A DNA stretch of 64,000 nucleotides from Thermodesulfovibrionales bacterium (GCA_041658585.1 JBAZZX010000008.1:15365-79364), one strand, 5' to 3'. Numbered from the stretch's first letter, positions 37,668 to 47,308 are shown. Numbers and translations: made by a program. The notes: a model not told the origin generated them from the letters alone.

Positions 37668-38048
37668 ATGAAAGCCAAGAAGAATTTAATAATTGTCGGT
37701 GACCGGGTACTTGTAGAACCTGATGAGGGGGCTGAAAAGACAAGCTCCGGGCTCTATCTTCCTGCGACAGTCAGAGAAAAGGAAAAGGTGGTCGGCGGTT
37801 ATGTCGTTAAAACAGGCCCCGGTTATGCCGTCCATGACCCGCATACTTCGGACGAACCCTGGGCTTCCGGGAAGACGAAAGAAATAAAATATATCCCTCT
37901 CCAGGCTTCAGAAGGTGATTATGCGATCTTTCTCAAAGAGTCTGCCGTGGAGATTGAATTCGAGGGGAAGAAGTATCTGATTCTCCCCCATTCTGCTATT
38001 CTGGCACTTGTTAGGGTTGAGATAGAAGATGTCGAAGCAGAAGGTTGA
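37668..38048 (+). CDS. GroES/Cpn10-like small protein with an internal insertion
   Basis: …LIIVGDRVLVEPDEGAEKTSSGLYLPATVREKEKVVGGYVVKTGPG… resembles the GroES mobile-loop region. At 126 aa it is longer than GroES. It overlaps the dinG-like start by 20 nt. Confidence 0.65.
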   Translation: MKAKKNLIIVGDRVLVEPDEGAEKTSSGLYLPATVREKEKVVGGYVVKTGPGYAVHDPHTSDEPWASGKTKEIKYIPLQASEGDYAIFLKESAVEIEFEGKKYLILPHSAILALVRVEIEDVEAEG

Positions 38049-39951
38049 TTTGAAAGAACTCGAATCCGCTTTCAAAATTCTAGAGCAAAAACTGCCCGGT
38101 TATGAAATCAGGCCGCAGCAGATGAAGATGGCTGGGAAGGTTCATGAATGTCTGACAGAAAAAAAGAACCTCCTCATCGAGGCCGGTACAGGCGTCGGCA
38201 AGTCATTTGCATATCTGATTCCCGCAATACTGTCTCAGGAAAAGACTGTTGTATCAACCGCATCCATTGCATTGCAGGACCAGCTGGTGAACAAGGACCT
38301 GGCATTTCTCCGGGACGTTCTTCCTGTAAAATTTTCCTATGCGATCCTGAAGGGCAAGAACAATTATCTCTGCCTGAAACGGGAAAACGAGTATGCGGAA
38401 CTCGATGAGAAGTATCTGAAATTCCGTGAATGGGTTTCGGATACGGAGACCGGCGATAAGGATGAGCTTCCGTTCATTCCTGAATTCTGGTCGAAGGTAT
38501 GCGGGGATACGGATGATTGCAGTGTAACAGTATGCCCGTACTACAAGGTGTGTTTCTATTACAGGCATTACCGGAACCTTTATAAATATGACGTTATTGT
38601 CGTCAACCATCATCTCCTGATGTATGACCTTCTTTCGGAATTCAACCTTATGCCTTTTCATGACCAATTGATTATAGATGAGGCGCACCAGCTCGAACAT
38701 GTTATTTCCCATGTTCTGGGGAGCAGCCTGAGCCATTCCAAGATAACATGGCTTCTTTACAGGTTGAAGGGATTGAAGATAGCGGTAGATCACATCTTTG
38801 AACCGGTCGACGGTTTTTTCAAAAGACGGGATATGTCTTTTCAGTCCCTTAACCTGATATCCGATGATATCGTTGAGGGATTAAACATGCTGAAAGATCT
38901 CCTTGCTCTTGATAACGTGCTGCAACGATTGACCGCCTTTGAAGAGACCCTTGACGATACCATGCTCAGGGACAGAATACAAACTACCCTGATCTATATC
39001 CGGTCTCTTGAGGCTACAATCAATGATTTCATAAGCCGGCAGGACAAGGACAGAGTTTATTTTATGACGCACGAGAAGGGAATGATAGAGCTTAAAAGCA
39101 ACCTTGTGGAATCCCGGAAGCCTTTTCAGGAATTAGTCGACGCCTATGACAGTCTGATCATGACTTCTGCTACACTGACAGCCGGAGGAGCTTTCGGTTT
39201 TATCAGGGAGAGACTGGGCATGAAAGACTTTCAGGAAATGGTTGTAGGTTCCCCCTTTGATTATAAAAGACAGGCGCTCCTCTATATCAATAGAGACTTG
39301 CCGGTCCCCGATAAGGAGAACAGCGAATCTTTTTTCAGGGAAAGCCTTAAGACTATTGAGGATCTGATCATTGCTTCCAGAGGCAGGGCGCTGGTTTTGT
39401 TCACTTCCCATAAAAATCTTAAGTACGTCTCAGCCCGTATCAGGACGGATTACCCCGTCAAGTCACAGGGCGACATGCCGCCGGGAAAACTGATCCAGTG
39501 GTTCAAAAAGACGCCGAATGCCGTGCTGCTCGCCACAGCCACCTTCTGGCAGGGCATTGATATCAAGGGAGAACAGTTAAGTCTGGTTGTTATCGTAAAG
39601 ATGCCGTTCGGCACGCCGGGAGACCCTGTGTATGACGAGCGGTGCAGAAGGCTGCAGGAGAGATGGTTCACAGACCTTGCGCTCCCGTCCGCCATTCTCC
39701 TCTTAAGGCAAGGCTTTGGAAGGCTGATCAGAAGCTCGGAAGACTTCGGAGTGGTTGCTTTGCTGGATCCAAGACTTGTTCGCAGCTCCTATGGGAAAAC
39801 AATCATCTCATCCTTGCCGGAAATGGATGTTGTCCATACCATTGAGCCTGTGAAGAGTTTTTTTGATGCTGTCCGGGATTCTAATGGAAAAGAGCATAGA
39901 GATGCGTCTTTAAAGGACAAGAGCAAGAAATCAAGAAAGGTGCGCATATGA
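38029..39951 (+). CDS. dinG: DinG/XPD-family ATP-dependent DNA helicase with an Fe-S cluster domain
   Basis: Walker A EAGTGVGKSFAYL, DEAH box IIDEAHQL, the Cys cluster …CGDTDDCSVTVCPYYKVC…, and C-terminal …ATATFWQGIDI… and …QGFGRLIR… motifs. Confidence 0.85.
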   Translation: MSKQKVDLKELESAFKILEQKLPGYEIRPQQMKMAGKVHECLTEKKNLLIEAGTGVGKSFAYLIPAILSQEKTVVSTASIALQDQLVNKDLAFLRDVLPVKFSYAILKGKNNYLCLKRENEYAELDEKYLKFREWVSDTETGDKDELPFIPEFWSKVCGDTDDCSVTVCPYYKVCFYYRHYRNLYKYDVIVVNHHLLMYDLLSEFNLMPFHDQLIIDEAHQLEHVISHVLGSSLSHSKITWLLYRLKGLKIAVDHIFEPVDGFFKRRDMSFQSLNLISDDIVEGLNMLKDLLALDNVLQRLTAFEETLDDTMLRDRIQTTLIYIRSLEATINDFISRQDKDRVYFMTHEKGMIELKSNLVESRKPFQELVDAYDSLIMTSATLTAGGAFGFIRERLGMKDFQEMVVGSPFDYKRQALLYINRDLPVPDKENSESFFRESLKTIEDLIIASRGRALVLFTSHKNLKYVSARIRTDYPVKSQGDMPPGKLIQWFKKTPNAVLLATATFWQGIDIKGEQLSLVVIVKMPFGTPGDPVYDERCRRLQERWFTDLALPSAILLLRQGFGRLIRSSEDFGVVALLDPRLVRSSYGKTIISSLPEMDVVHTIEPVKSFFDAVRDSNGKEHRDASLKDKSKKSRKVRI

Positions 39952-41363
39952 TATCAACAAGTGTCATATTATTTATTCTTCTGGGGGTTTTTGCCGGCGG
40001 TATTATAGGCTGGATCATCGCTGCCTTGCGTCAAAAGCAGAATTATGCAAAGCAGATTGCCGACATTCAGATATATCATGCAAATAAGCTGACAGAAGCT
40101 GAGGGGAAAGCGCAATATGCAGGGGCGCAGGTTGATGAACTGAGGCAGCAGAACCGGAAATATGAAGAAGAGATATTACAGATAAGAAATGAACTGAATG
40201 GAGAACGGCAGACAAAAATTGAGGCCCTCACAAAACTCGAAGCCTCACAGAAAAGCTTTGAGGAGCAAAAGGCATTGATCGAGGCGATGAAGACTGAGAT
40301 GACTGATACTTTTAATGCCCTTTCAGCGGCAGCTTTGAAAAGCAGCAGTGAAGATTTTCTCAGACTCGCCTCCCAGCATCTCGGCAAGGTGGTTGCAGAT
40401 ACGAAAGGAAGGCTCGGAGAGCATCAGGCTGCGCTGGATGGAATGATAAAGCCTTTGCATGAAACATTGAAGCGTTATGAGGAGCAGATAAGATCGATAG
40501 AAGAGAACAGGCATAAGGCTTACGGCAGCCTCGAAGAGCAGTTGAGATCTTTGGCCACAACCCATGAAAATCTTCAGAGGGAGACCGGCAATCTTGTATC
40601 AGCCCTGAGAAAACCCCAGGTCAGGGGCAGGTGGGGTGAGATGCAGCTTCGGAGAGTTGCTGAACTTTCCGGCATGTCAATACACTGTGATTTTACGGAA
40701 CAGCAATCCGTGGACACGGATAAAGGCAGGATAAGACCGGATATGATTGTGCATCTTCCCATGGAGCGGGAAATTGTTGTAGACTCTAAAGTGTCTCTTG
40801 AGGCTTATCTGGACGCTGCATCTGCGGTGACAGAAGAGGAGAGAAAGATAAAGATGGCAAAACATGGCCAGCAGGTAAGGGCGCATATGAACAAGCTGTC
40901 ATCAAAGGAATACTGGAGCCAGTTCAGGCAGTCTCCTGAATTTGTCGTTCTTTTTATCCCGGGCGAATCCTTCCTGAGTTCAGCCCTTGAAATGGATAAT
41001 ACCCTTATTGAAGACGGCATACAGAAAAAGGTTATCATTGCCACACCGACTACGTTTATCGCATTGTTAAGCGCTATTGCCTATGGCTGGAGACAGGAGC
41101 AGATGACGAGGAATGCTCAGGAGATCAGCGAGATCGGTAAGCAGTTCTATGAAAGAATGCTTACCCTTGTGCAGCACTTTGAAAGTATAGGCGCCAACCT
41201 CGAAAGGGCTGTAGGAGCGTATAATAAGACGGTCGGCTCGCTTGAGACAAGGATACTGCCATCGGTGAGGAGGTTCAGAGAACTGGGGGTCACCGGCGCC
41301 TCCGAGATACCGGTTATCGAGCCGATAGACCAAAAACCGAGAACTTCAGGTATACTTGAATGA
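39948..41363 (+). CDS. rmuC: DNA recombination protein RmuC
   Basis: N-terminal TM segment, long coiled coil, and a conserved C-terminal domain (…RGRWGEMQLRRVAELSGM…PDMIVHLP…VVDSKVSL…). ATGA overlap with dinG. Confidence 0.88.
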   Translation: MISTSVILFILLGVFAGGIIGWIIAALRQKQNYAKQIADIQIYHANKLTEAEGKAQYAGAQVDELRQQNRKYEEEILQIRNELNGERQTKIEALTKLEASQKSFEEQKALIEAMKTEMTDTFNALSAAALKSSSEDFLRLASQHLGKVVADTKGRLGEHQAALDGMIKPLHETLKRYEEQIRSIEENRHKAYGSLEEQLRSLATTHENLQRETGNLVSALRKPQVRGRWGEMQLRRVAELSGMSIHCDFTEQQSVDTDKGRIRPDMIVHLPMEREIVVDSKVSLEAYLDAASAVTEEERKIKMAKHGQQVRAHMNKLSSKEYWSQFRQSPEFVVLFIPGESFLSSALEMDNTLIEDGIQKKVIIATPTTFIALLSAIAYGWRQEQMTRNAQEISEIGKQFYERMLTLVQHFESIGANLERAVGAYNKTVGSLETRILPSVRRFRELGVTGASEIPVIEPIDQKPRTSGILE

Positions 41364-41411
41364 AATATAAGACATAATATAGAGATTTTAAACTTAAAGG
41401 AGGGTCAAAAA

Positions 41412-41690
41412 ATGTCAGAGAGATTAGGTCATGAGGAGTTTATCAGAAAGGCGATCGTGAGCCTGAGGAAGGACAATTTCAAGGGGATTCATACCGTTTT
41501 TTCCGGCTTTAATAACGCTTTCAAGAAATATTTTGAGGGAGAAAACCCTGTTGAGGTGACAAACAAACTTGCCGAAGAGGGAAAGATCGTTATCAGACCC
41601 GTTAAAGGCGGGGTCATGCTTTATATGCCCGAAGACGCCCCTGCTTCAAGAGATTCCGCTGACGAAGCATTGAAAAAAATGGGACTTTAA
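41412..41690 (+). CDS. hypothetical protein (92 aa)
   Basis: ORF with GGAGG upstream, co-directional with rmuC and followed by a strong hairpin. No family recognised. Confidence 0.5.
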   Translation: MSERLGHEEFIRKAIVSLRKDNFKGIHTVFSGFNNAFKKYFEGENPVEVTNKLAEEGKIVIRPVKGGVMLYMPEDAPASRDSADEALKKMGL

Positions 41691-41726
41691 AAGCAAAAGG
41701 CATTTGAAACTGCAAAAGATCCGCGA

Positions 41727-41764
41727 AATATCCGGGGCGAAAATATATTTTCGCCCCGGATATT
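41727..41764 (+). terminator. perfect 38-bp palindrome, probable intrinsic terminator or stable RNA hairpin
   Basis: AATATCCGGGGCGAAAATA|TATTTTCGCCCCGGATATT. It has a GC-rich stem core and a U-rich 3' arm, and lies directly after the last gene of the operon. Confidence 0.5.
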
Positions 41765-41827
41765 ATAATGCGGCCTGAATTTGCGCCTTTAGTTATACCT
41801 TATTCATGAACATGAAAACGTGAAGGC

Positions 41828-42032
41828 TATTTAACCTGGATTATTTATAAAATTGGCAATGGCAACCGAGGATAGAGTATTTGCGCGGTTTTTTTTGCCG
41901 ATAGTCAAATACAGTATTTGAAAATAGAGAGGCAAAAGCCTCGCAGGGAGGAACGACCGAGAATGAGCGCAAATACCCTATCCTCGGTTCAATCAGAAAT
42001 ATTTGTGAATAATCCTGGGTAAGTTATTTAAC
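41828..42032. mobile_element. MITE-like nested inverted-repeat element
   Basis: Inner IR AACCGAGGATAGAGTATTTGCGC (41864-41886) matches rc of 41967-41989 at 22/23. Outer IR CCTGGATTATTTATAAA pairs with TTTGTGAATAATCCTGG. The direct repeat TATTTAACC occurs at 41828-41836 and 42024-42032. No ORF. Confidence 0.45.
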
Positions 42033-42041
42033 CGCCTGCAT

Positions 42042-42797
42042 ATGAGCCTCTTTAAGTTCTATTTAAAAACAAGCCTCTTGTTTATTGTTACCGTCATGCT
42101 TGCGCCCTTCTATTTTTTTGTGCTGTTAATCTTCTTCACATGGCGACATAGTATCGGACCTAAACTTGTCCAATGGTATTCAAAACTCTGCCTCTTGATA
42201 TTCAGAGTCGATATTGAAGAAATTAAAAACTTCGATATCTTCACAAGCAGTGGGAAAGGCGCAATAATAATTTCAAACCACGCCAGTTTCCTGGATATTT
42301 TTGTGCTTTCTTCTCTCTTTGGATCGGTCTTTGTAAGTAAAGCCGAGATCAAGTATTATCCAATAATCGGGCAAATCGCGTGGTTGGCAGGAGTTATTTT
42401 TCTTGCCCGGGATTCCTCAAAGGAAAGGCTGAGATTACTCAGGACAATTGCGAACAAATGTTCAACTCGCATTCTTGTTGTTTTTCCACAGGGTACGACC
42501 AGCCGCATTACCGAACGATTAGCTTTCAACAGAGGCATTTTCAAGGTAATAGAACTGAACCCGGAGGTATCATTATTGCCGGTAACGCTTCATTATAAAG
42601 AAGATGCGGAAATTGCATGGAACAAACCGCAATCTTTGAAAGAGAATTCAATCAGGATCTGCGCTCAGAAAAGAATCCATGTCAAAGTGCTCATCCACAA
42701 TCCTGTAACAATTGAAGATTACCGGGAAAAGACCTCCGCACAAATATGCAAAATCGTAGAACAGACCGTTTTAGGGCCTTTACAGGAAGAACATTAG
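42042..42797 (+). CDS. 1-acyl-sn-glycerol-3-phosphate acyltransferase-like (PlsC family)
   Basis: N-terminal TM segment, HX4D motif NHASFLD, and the FPQGTTS motif. Confidence 0.8.
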   Translation: MSLFKFYLKTSLLFIVTVMLAPFYFFVLLIFFTWRHSIGPKLVQWYSKLCLLIFRVDIEEIKNFDIFTSSGKGAIIISNHASFLDIFVLSSLFGSVFVSKAEIKYYPIIGQIAWLAGVIFLARDSSKERLRLLRTIANKCSTRILVVFPQGTTSRITERLAFNRGIFKVIELNPEVSLLPVTLHYKEDAEIAWNKPQSLKENSIRICAQKRIHVKVLIHNPVTIEDYREKTSAQICKIVEQTVLGPLQEEH

Positions 42798-43103
42798 AAG
42801 TGCAAGTACCGCAGTTTTATGAGCAACCCGGCATTTCATGGTGGAGGAGGCGGGAATTGAATTAATGTCAGGCTTTTTATGTATTTTTCCCCTCACAGAA
42901 AGAAATGTTTTTTCCAGAACCAAGAACAGCGTTTGTTTTCTCATAAAACTACCACCCAAATGATATCTCTGCGGACACGCATAACACAAATTTAGGATCA
43001 TGTGATGATCAATGTTGAGAATTATCAGAAGAATTAATTATAGATATGAGACGCTTGGGTGAAGCTTCTGTGAAGCAAATTGGGACTCGGGAATATCTAC
43101 AAC

Positions 43104-43892
43104 CTAACGAACCATTTCGGTAATGCGTGAAGCTAAAGAACCAGCCCCGAGAGTTGCAAGGTGGGTCTGCATTTCATCCTTGGATAAGGTACCGATTTGC
43201 CATAGGAGGCTGTCGAGATGCACCATTGTCACTTTAGGATTCACCTCCCGAATTCGTTCAAGCACCTGCTGCCATCTTTCCCGTTCAGCCTGTTCGTTAA
43301 CATGCGGGAGGCCGAGACGAGTGGAAATGGTGAGGATGCGTGAATCGACCGGCACCGGAATTGCGCTGAAGTCAAACATAGTTTCGTCAACCATAAGAAG
43401 TGCGAGCGCCAAGCACTTCATTGCAAAAGCTATCGTTTTCTTTTCTGGATTTTGACTCATTGTACGACCAAGGGCATGCCAAATTCTCCCGAAGTCCGCC
43501 GCAATTGAAGCTGAATCACTTCCCCAAATCTTGCTACAAAACTCACTTGACAAGAATCGATGAAGCCGTTCGACCTTGGCTTTCGCCATTCGTTCTTGGT
43601 CGTAAAAGGGTTCTAAGAGGCCTATCAACTTAAGTGGCTCTTCTGGGTCGGAGTTAAGCGGAATCAGGGGTACCACTTTTGGCCAATAAGCAACCTCCGC
43701 CTTTCCCTTTAATTGATAATCGTTCAAACCAAGGATTATGAACAGGGTAGCAAAATGTCCGAACACCCACGTGTTTGAAAACGGCTGCATCCATTTCCAT
43801 CCAGCTGATCCTTCCGTCATGGTGGCCTTCCATGTCGCTGGCGGAAGCTGGGAAAGCAATTCGACAAATTCATCTAATCGATTAGACGGCAC
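43104..43892 (-). CDS. AGOG-type (archaeal GO-glycosylase family) N-glycosylase/DNA lyase
   Basis: 262 aa. Matches my recollection of Pyrococcus/Pyrobaculum AGOG blocks: NDYQLKGKAE (cf. SYQLTGRGE), KKTIAFAMKCLALAL (cf. SKTIVFTVKMFGYAS, catalytic Lys), IPVPVDSRI (cf. IPIPEDLRI, catalytic Asp), HLDSLLWQIG (cf. HIDSLIWPLLG). GTG start 6 nt after AGGAGG. Confidence 0.7.
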   Translation of the reverse strand: MPSNRLDEFVELLSQLPPATWKATMTEGSAGWKWMQPFSNTWVFGHFATLFIILGLNDYQLKGKAEVAYWPKVVPLIPLNSDPEEPLKLIGLLEPFYDQERMAKAKVERLHRFLSSEFCSKIWGSDSASIAADFGRIWHALGRTMSQNPEKKTIAFAMKCLALALLMVDETMFDFSAIPVPVDSRILTISTRLGLPHVNEQAERERWQQVLERIREVNPKVTMVHLDSLLWQIGTLSKDEMQTHLATLGAGSLASRITEMVR

Positions 43893-43928
43893 CAGGGGCC
43901 TCCTTAAAGTGCGGCACCGGATTGGATG

Positions 43929-44249
43929 CTAAAAAACTAGCGCTTTTATCGGCCATTTATAAAAATAAACTTTCTTGAGAGCTTCTATATGTTCTTTTTG
44001 GTTTCGCCCTGAGCCTTTGTAACCCTCTCCAGGGATGCCAGTTTTCTTGTTAACTACCAAAGCTTGCAACGGAGGCAACTTCCGTTTATTGCAGTATATT
44101 TGAATTACGCTAAGAAAGTACCGCGCCGAGCGTGGGTGCAACCCTATTTTGTTGCATAGTTCGCCATAGGTCAGCGGCTTATCTTTGTTAAGTGCCCTCC
44201 GAGCCAAGATGGGCCAAACCTTACTCGCTCGTTTTCTGTGGTTTATCAT
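43929..44249 (-). CDS. small winged-helix-like DNA-binding protein (106 aa)
   Basis: …PLTYGELCNKIGLHPRSARYFLSVIQIYCNKRKLPPLQALVVNKKTGIPGEGY… resembles the MGMT/ATL-type wHTH layout but lacks the PCHR active site. It lies 36 nt upstream of the AGOG-like gene. Confidence 0.45.
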   Translation of the reverse strand: MINHRKRASKVWPILARRALNKDKPLTYGELCNKIGLHPRSARYFLSVIQIYCNKRKLPPLQALVVNKKTGIPGEGYKGSGRNQKEHIEALKKVYFYKWPIKALVF

Positions 44250-44405
44250 GTAAAGCCCTTATCCATTTCCAGTTGCTATGCACAGATTATAACAAAAGTT
44301 AGAGTTCTCAACAACAGGAAGGAGGCTTGCTTTCTTGGCCTCTCTGGAATATCGTGAGTCTTTCGCCCTGTAAGACGCATGTTATTTCTATCATGCGGGG
44401 GACTC

Positions 44406-44431
44406 GGGGTCAGACTTGTTTATTGACTTTT
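44406..44431 (+). repeat. dispersed 26-bp motif, copy 2 (GGGGTCAGACTTGTTTATTGACTTTT)
   Basis: Shares AGACTTGTTTATTG exactly with 47311-47324, in direct orientation. Related to 10747-10773 (rc) and 62703-62728. Confidence 0.6.
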
Positions 44432-44728
44432 CCCATGTATTTCCATCGTTAATCAGCATATTTGTCAATATACCGTAATTATTTAGTTGCAGGTCTTAGA
44501 AACGTTTTTGTTTTCTGGTGGACGTAAACCAATTTTTCCAATTCGCACCGGGTATATTGTTCATGAAATACGAAGTATATGCAGACATTCGCAACCTTGC
44601 GGTTTAGCTATTGATCTTATGTTTACCCATGCCACACTTCTGAATGTATTAGTGAATCAACTATTTCCTTCAGAAACATATAGCTGTAAAGTTTGCATAG
44701 GTGTAAGAAGGGCGGAAGGCAGGCAAAT

Positions 44729-45493
44729 CTAAATTTCCACAATCTCCAGATCATCTGCTGAATGAATGAACGGCTTTTCAAGATCTGCGATTGCAATGAG
44801 ACGCGTAAATGTATACGCATATGAAGTCATGAGTGTAATACATCTCTTGTCGAATATTATGGGCTTGATCCGGGGCTGATGTGACCTGATAAGCACATTC
44901 TTTCCGAGCTGCTTCATGACATGCATAAAATAATCTTCACCAAACTTGGGTCTGTCTTCCAAATCATTGACAATTTCACCTTTCATTTCTACAAAGTCAC
45001 CCCATGTGATCTGGTGCCATTGTTCACTGCATAACTGAATAGTGTCGATTTCCTCCAATGTATTTACGGCAGGCGGTACTCCATGAACAGCAAAAATGCC
45101 ATTTTCCGTAACTACTGCAAAAGACAGAAACCGGAATATATCCGAAAAAGAATTATATTCATCAGGAGCGAGACTTTCCCAAAAATCTGCCGGGTTGAAT
45201 GGTACAGAGCAATATCCTTCATGGTTACCCATGAGCAGAAATACTTGATCAGGAGATTCAGATTTTTTTTCAAGCAGAAACGCAATATTGTCTTTTGAAT
45301 CCGGCCCCCTGTCGACATAATCCCCGAGAAAGACCAGGGTATATCCGGGCTTAAAGTACCGGCTGAATACGGTTTCAGTTGCATCAAGATCTCCATGCGT
45401 GTCACCGACAAATACGGCCTTACCTTTCGCCTGTAGCCTGATAAGACGCCGGTCCCTGGCTAATATTTCCCTGACAGATTTAAAATTTTGCAT
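44729..45493 (-). CDS. PPP-family Ser/Thr protein phosphatase (metallophosphoesterase)
   Basis: GDTHGD, GDYVDRG and GNHE motifs. I prefer the ATG at 45493 over the TTG at 45508. It starts 18 nt downstream of the kinase stop. Confidence 0.85.
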   Translation of the reverse strand: MQNFKSVREILARDRRLIRLQAKGKAVFVGDTHGDLDATETVFSRYFKPGYTLVFLGDYVDRGPDSKDNIAFLLEKKSESPDQVFLLMGNHEGYCSVPFNPADFWESLAPDEYNSFSDIFRFLSFAVVTENGIFAVHGVPPAVNTLEEIDTIQLCSEQWHQITWGDFVEMKGEIVNDLEDRPKFGEDYFMHVMKQLGKNVLIRSHQPRIKPIIFDKRCITLMTSYAYTFTRLIAIADLEKPFIHSADDLEIVEI

Positions 45494-45510
45494 ATTTCTG
45501 ACCCGCAAGC

Positions 45511-47046
45511 TTACATATCATCGAACGGTGTTATCCGCAGGACAGCCCCGGTTCCGCTCACGTTTCTGTTGAACTCTTCGATAAACCGTTTCAAAACAAG
45601 TTGTTCTTCTTCCTGATACACTAAAAACATCGCTATCATTTTATTCTGCCTGCAAAAGCAAGGCTCTGATTTCACTCCTAACCTTTCTGCAAGAGGATTA
45701 AGATCTCTGAGTGCTTCCGTAATATTGCCGTATCGTTCAGAAGGATCTTTCCTTATTGTTCTCATGAGGAAATTATGCAATTCATCCGGCAGATCTTTTA
45801 TTGTCGTACGAGTGTCGGGAATATCTTCCTGCAGATGCCAGGTTATTATGTTTTTCATATGACACCCAGGGAACGGCCTCTTGCCTGTAATCATCTCATA
45901 CACAGTTATGCCAAGCGAATAAATATCTGCACGTTCATCAACAGGGTCTCCCTTGATTTGCTCGGGAGAAATGTAATAAATTGTACCAGGGAAAAGAAAA
46001 TTTTCGTCAACAGTCCCACGGCGGCATGCCAGTCCGAAATCAATAATCTTCACCTGCCCTTCGGGTTGTATGAAGATATTCCCCGGATTAATATCCTGAT
46101 GGATGATGCCATTCTTGTGTGCATATTCGAGACCATGACATATCTGCATGGTAATGTCCACTATCTGTGAAACAGAAAGCTTTGGTTTGGCCCTCATAAT
46201 ATTTTTCAAGAGAGTTCCATCAAGGTATTCCATAATGATGAAGACCGTCTTGTACAGTTCCTCTATATCATATACTTTCACAATATTGGGATGGTTTAAC
46301 TGTGCTATTGTCTTGGCTTCATTACGGAATATGTCGAGGAAATCAGGATCCATCGCTAATTCATGATTCAACATCTTAATGGCTACCGGTAAAGTAAGAA
46401 CGCTGTGAACGCCCCTGTAAATGATACTCGAACCACCATGCCCAATTTTTTCGGTTACTGTATATTTGCCGATTTTTCTCTCCTCTGCCACTTTTGAGGC
46501 AATCAACCTGCGGGTGAGCACGGCAGACAGAAAATTCCTGAGTTCCGGGTATTCTCCGGACAGTTTTTCAAACTCTTCTCTGCTCATACTCAATACGTCC
46601 ATATCGGTTTCCGCATCTGCGTGAGCTTTCCGCGGCTCGTCGCTAAACAGCACTGATTCTCCTGCCACATCACCGGGACCGAGCTGCCCCACATTATAGA
46701 GCAGGTTTTTTTTCTCAACATTAACGGCACATGTACCCTGAAGAATAAGATAAAAGAAGTTCCCTCCTTCTCCCTGCGTGATAAGCCGATCCCCTTGCTT
46801 TATGCGTATGAATGTCGTATGCCGTAAAAAATGAAGTACAAGCTCTTGAGGCAGAGGATTGAGCATTTCCGAACATAGATGGAACTGTACGGATAAAGGT
46901 CCCTGTACGGTCAGCTGCTCTCTCTGTGTTAAGGAAGAGGTATCATCCGGATGTAATTGCTCCTGAGGCATCTGAATCTCGAGAAAATAGCAAAATGATT
47001 GAGTATGTGAAGGGGTTACCTGTTTTATCTGTCCATCGATAGACAT
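45511..47046 (-). CDS. cyclic-nucleotide-binding domain / Hanks-type Ser/Thr protein kinase fusion
   Basis: The cNMP-binding beta-barrel reads …IKQGDRLITQGEGGNFFYLILQGTC…GPGDVAGE… The kinase has GHGGSSIIY…VAIK, the HQDINPGN catalytic loop, DFGLA and …SPEQ. A ~60-aa C-terminal extension follows. Confidence 0.9.
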   Translation of the reverse strand: MSIDGQIKQVTPSHTQSFCYFLEIQMPQEQLHPDDTSSLTQREQLTVQGPLSVQFHLCSEMLNPLPQELVLHFLRHTTFIRIKQGDRLITQGEGGNFFYLILQGTCAVNVEKKNLLYNVGQLGPGDVAGESVLFSDEPRKAHADAETDMDVLSMSREEFEKLSGEYPELRNFLSAVLTRRLIASKVAEERKIGKYTVTEKIGHGGSSIIYRGVHSVLTLPVAIKMLNHELAMDPDFLDIFRNEAKTIAQLNHPNIVKVYDIEELYKTVFIIMEYLDGTLLKNIMRAKPKLSVSQIVDITMQICHGLEYAHKNGIIHQDINPGNIFIQPEGQVKIIDFGLACRRGTVDENFLFPGTIYYISPEQIKGDPVDERADIYSLGITVYEMITGKRPFPGCHMKNIITWHLQEDIPDTRTTIKDLPDELHNFLMRTIRKDPSERYGNITEALRDLNPLAERLGVKSEPCFCRQNKMIAMFLVYQEEEQLVLKRFIEEFNRNVSGTGAVLRITPFDDM

Positions 47047-47308
47047 TTTCCTGGTCCTTTGTTATTTATTTAATTTCTTTCAATCGTTATGTCGCTATAG
47101 TTAATCAATCTGACTTCATAAACAAAGCTATTGGTATGTGTGTCAACTAATTTAGATGCAATATCCTTATTTTTAAATATACCATAAGATATAGATTGTC
47201 AGTGCGAATGCGCACACGATTTATAATATATAAAATGCATCTTACCATGAAATGCTAACTTGGTATAACATAAAAAATTTGTCCATATTAAATTTCGAGG
47301 GGGAAAAC

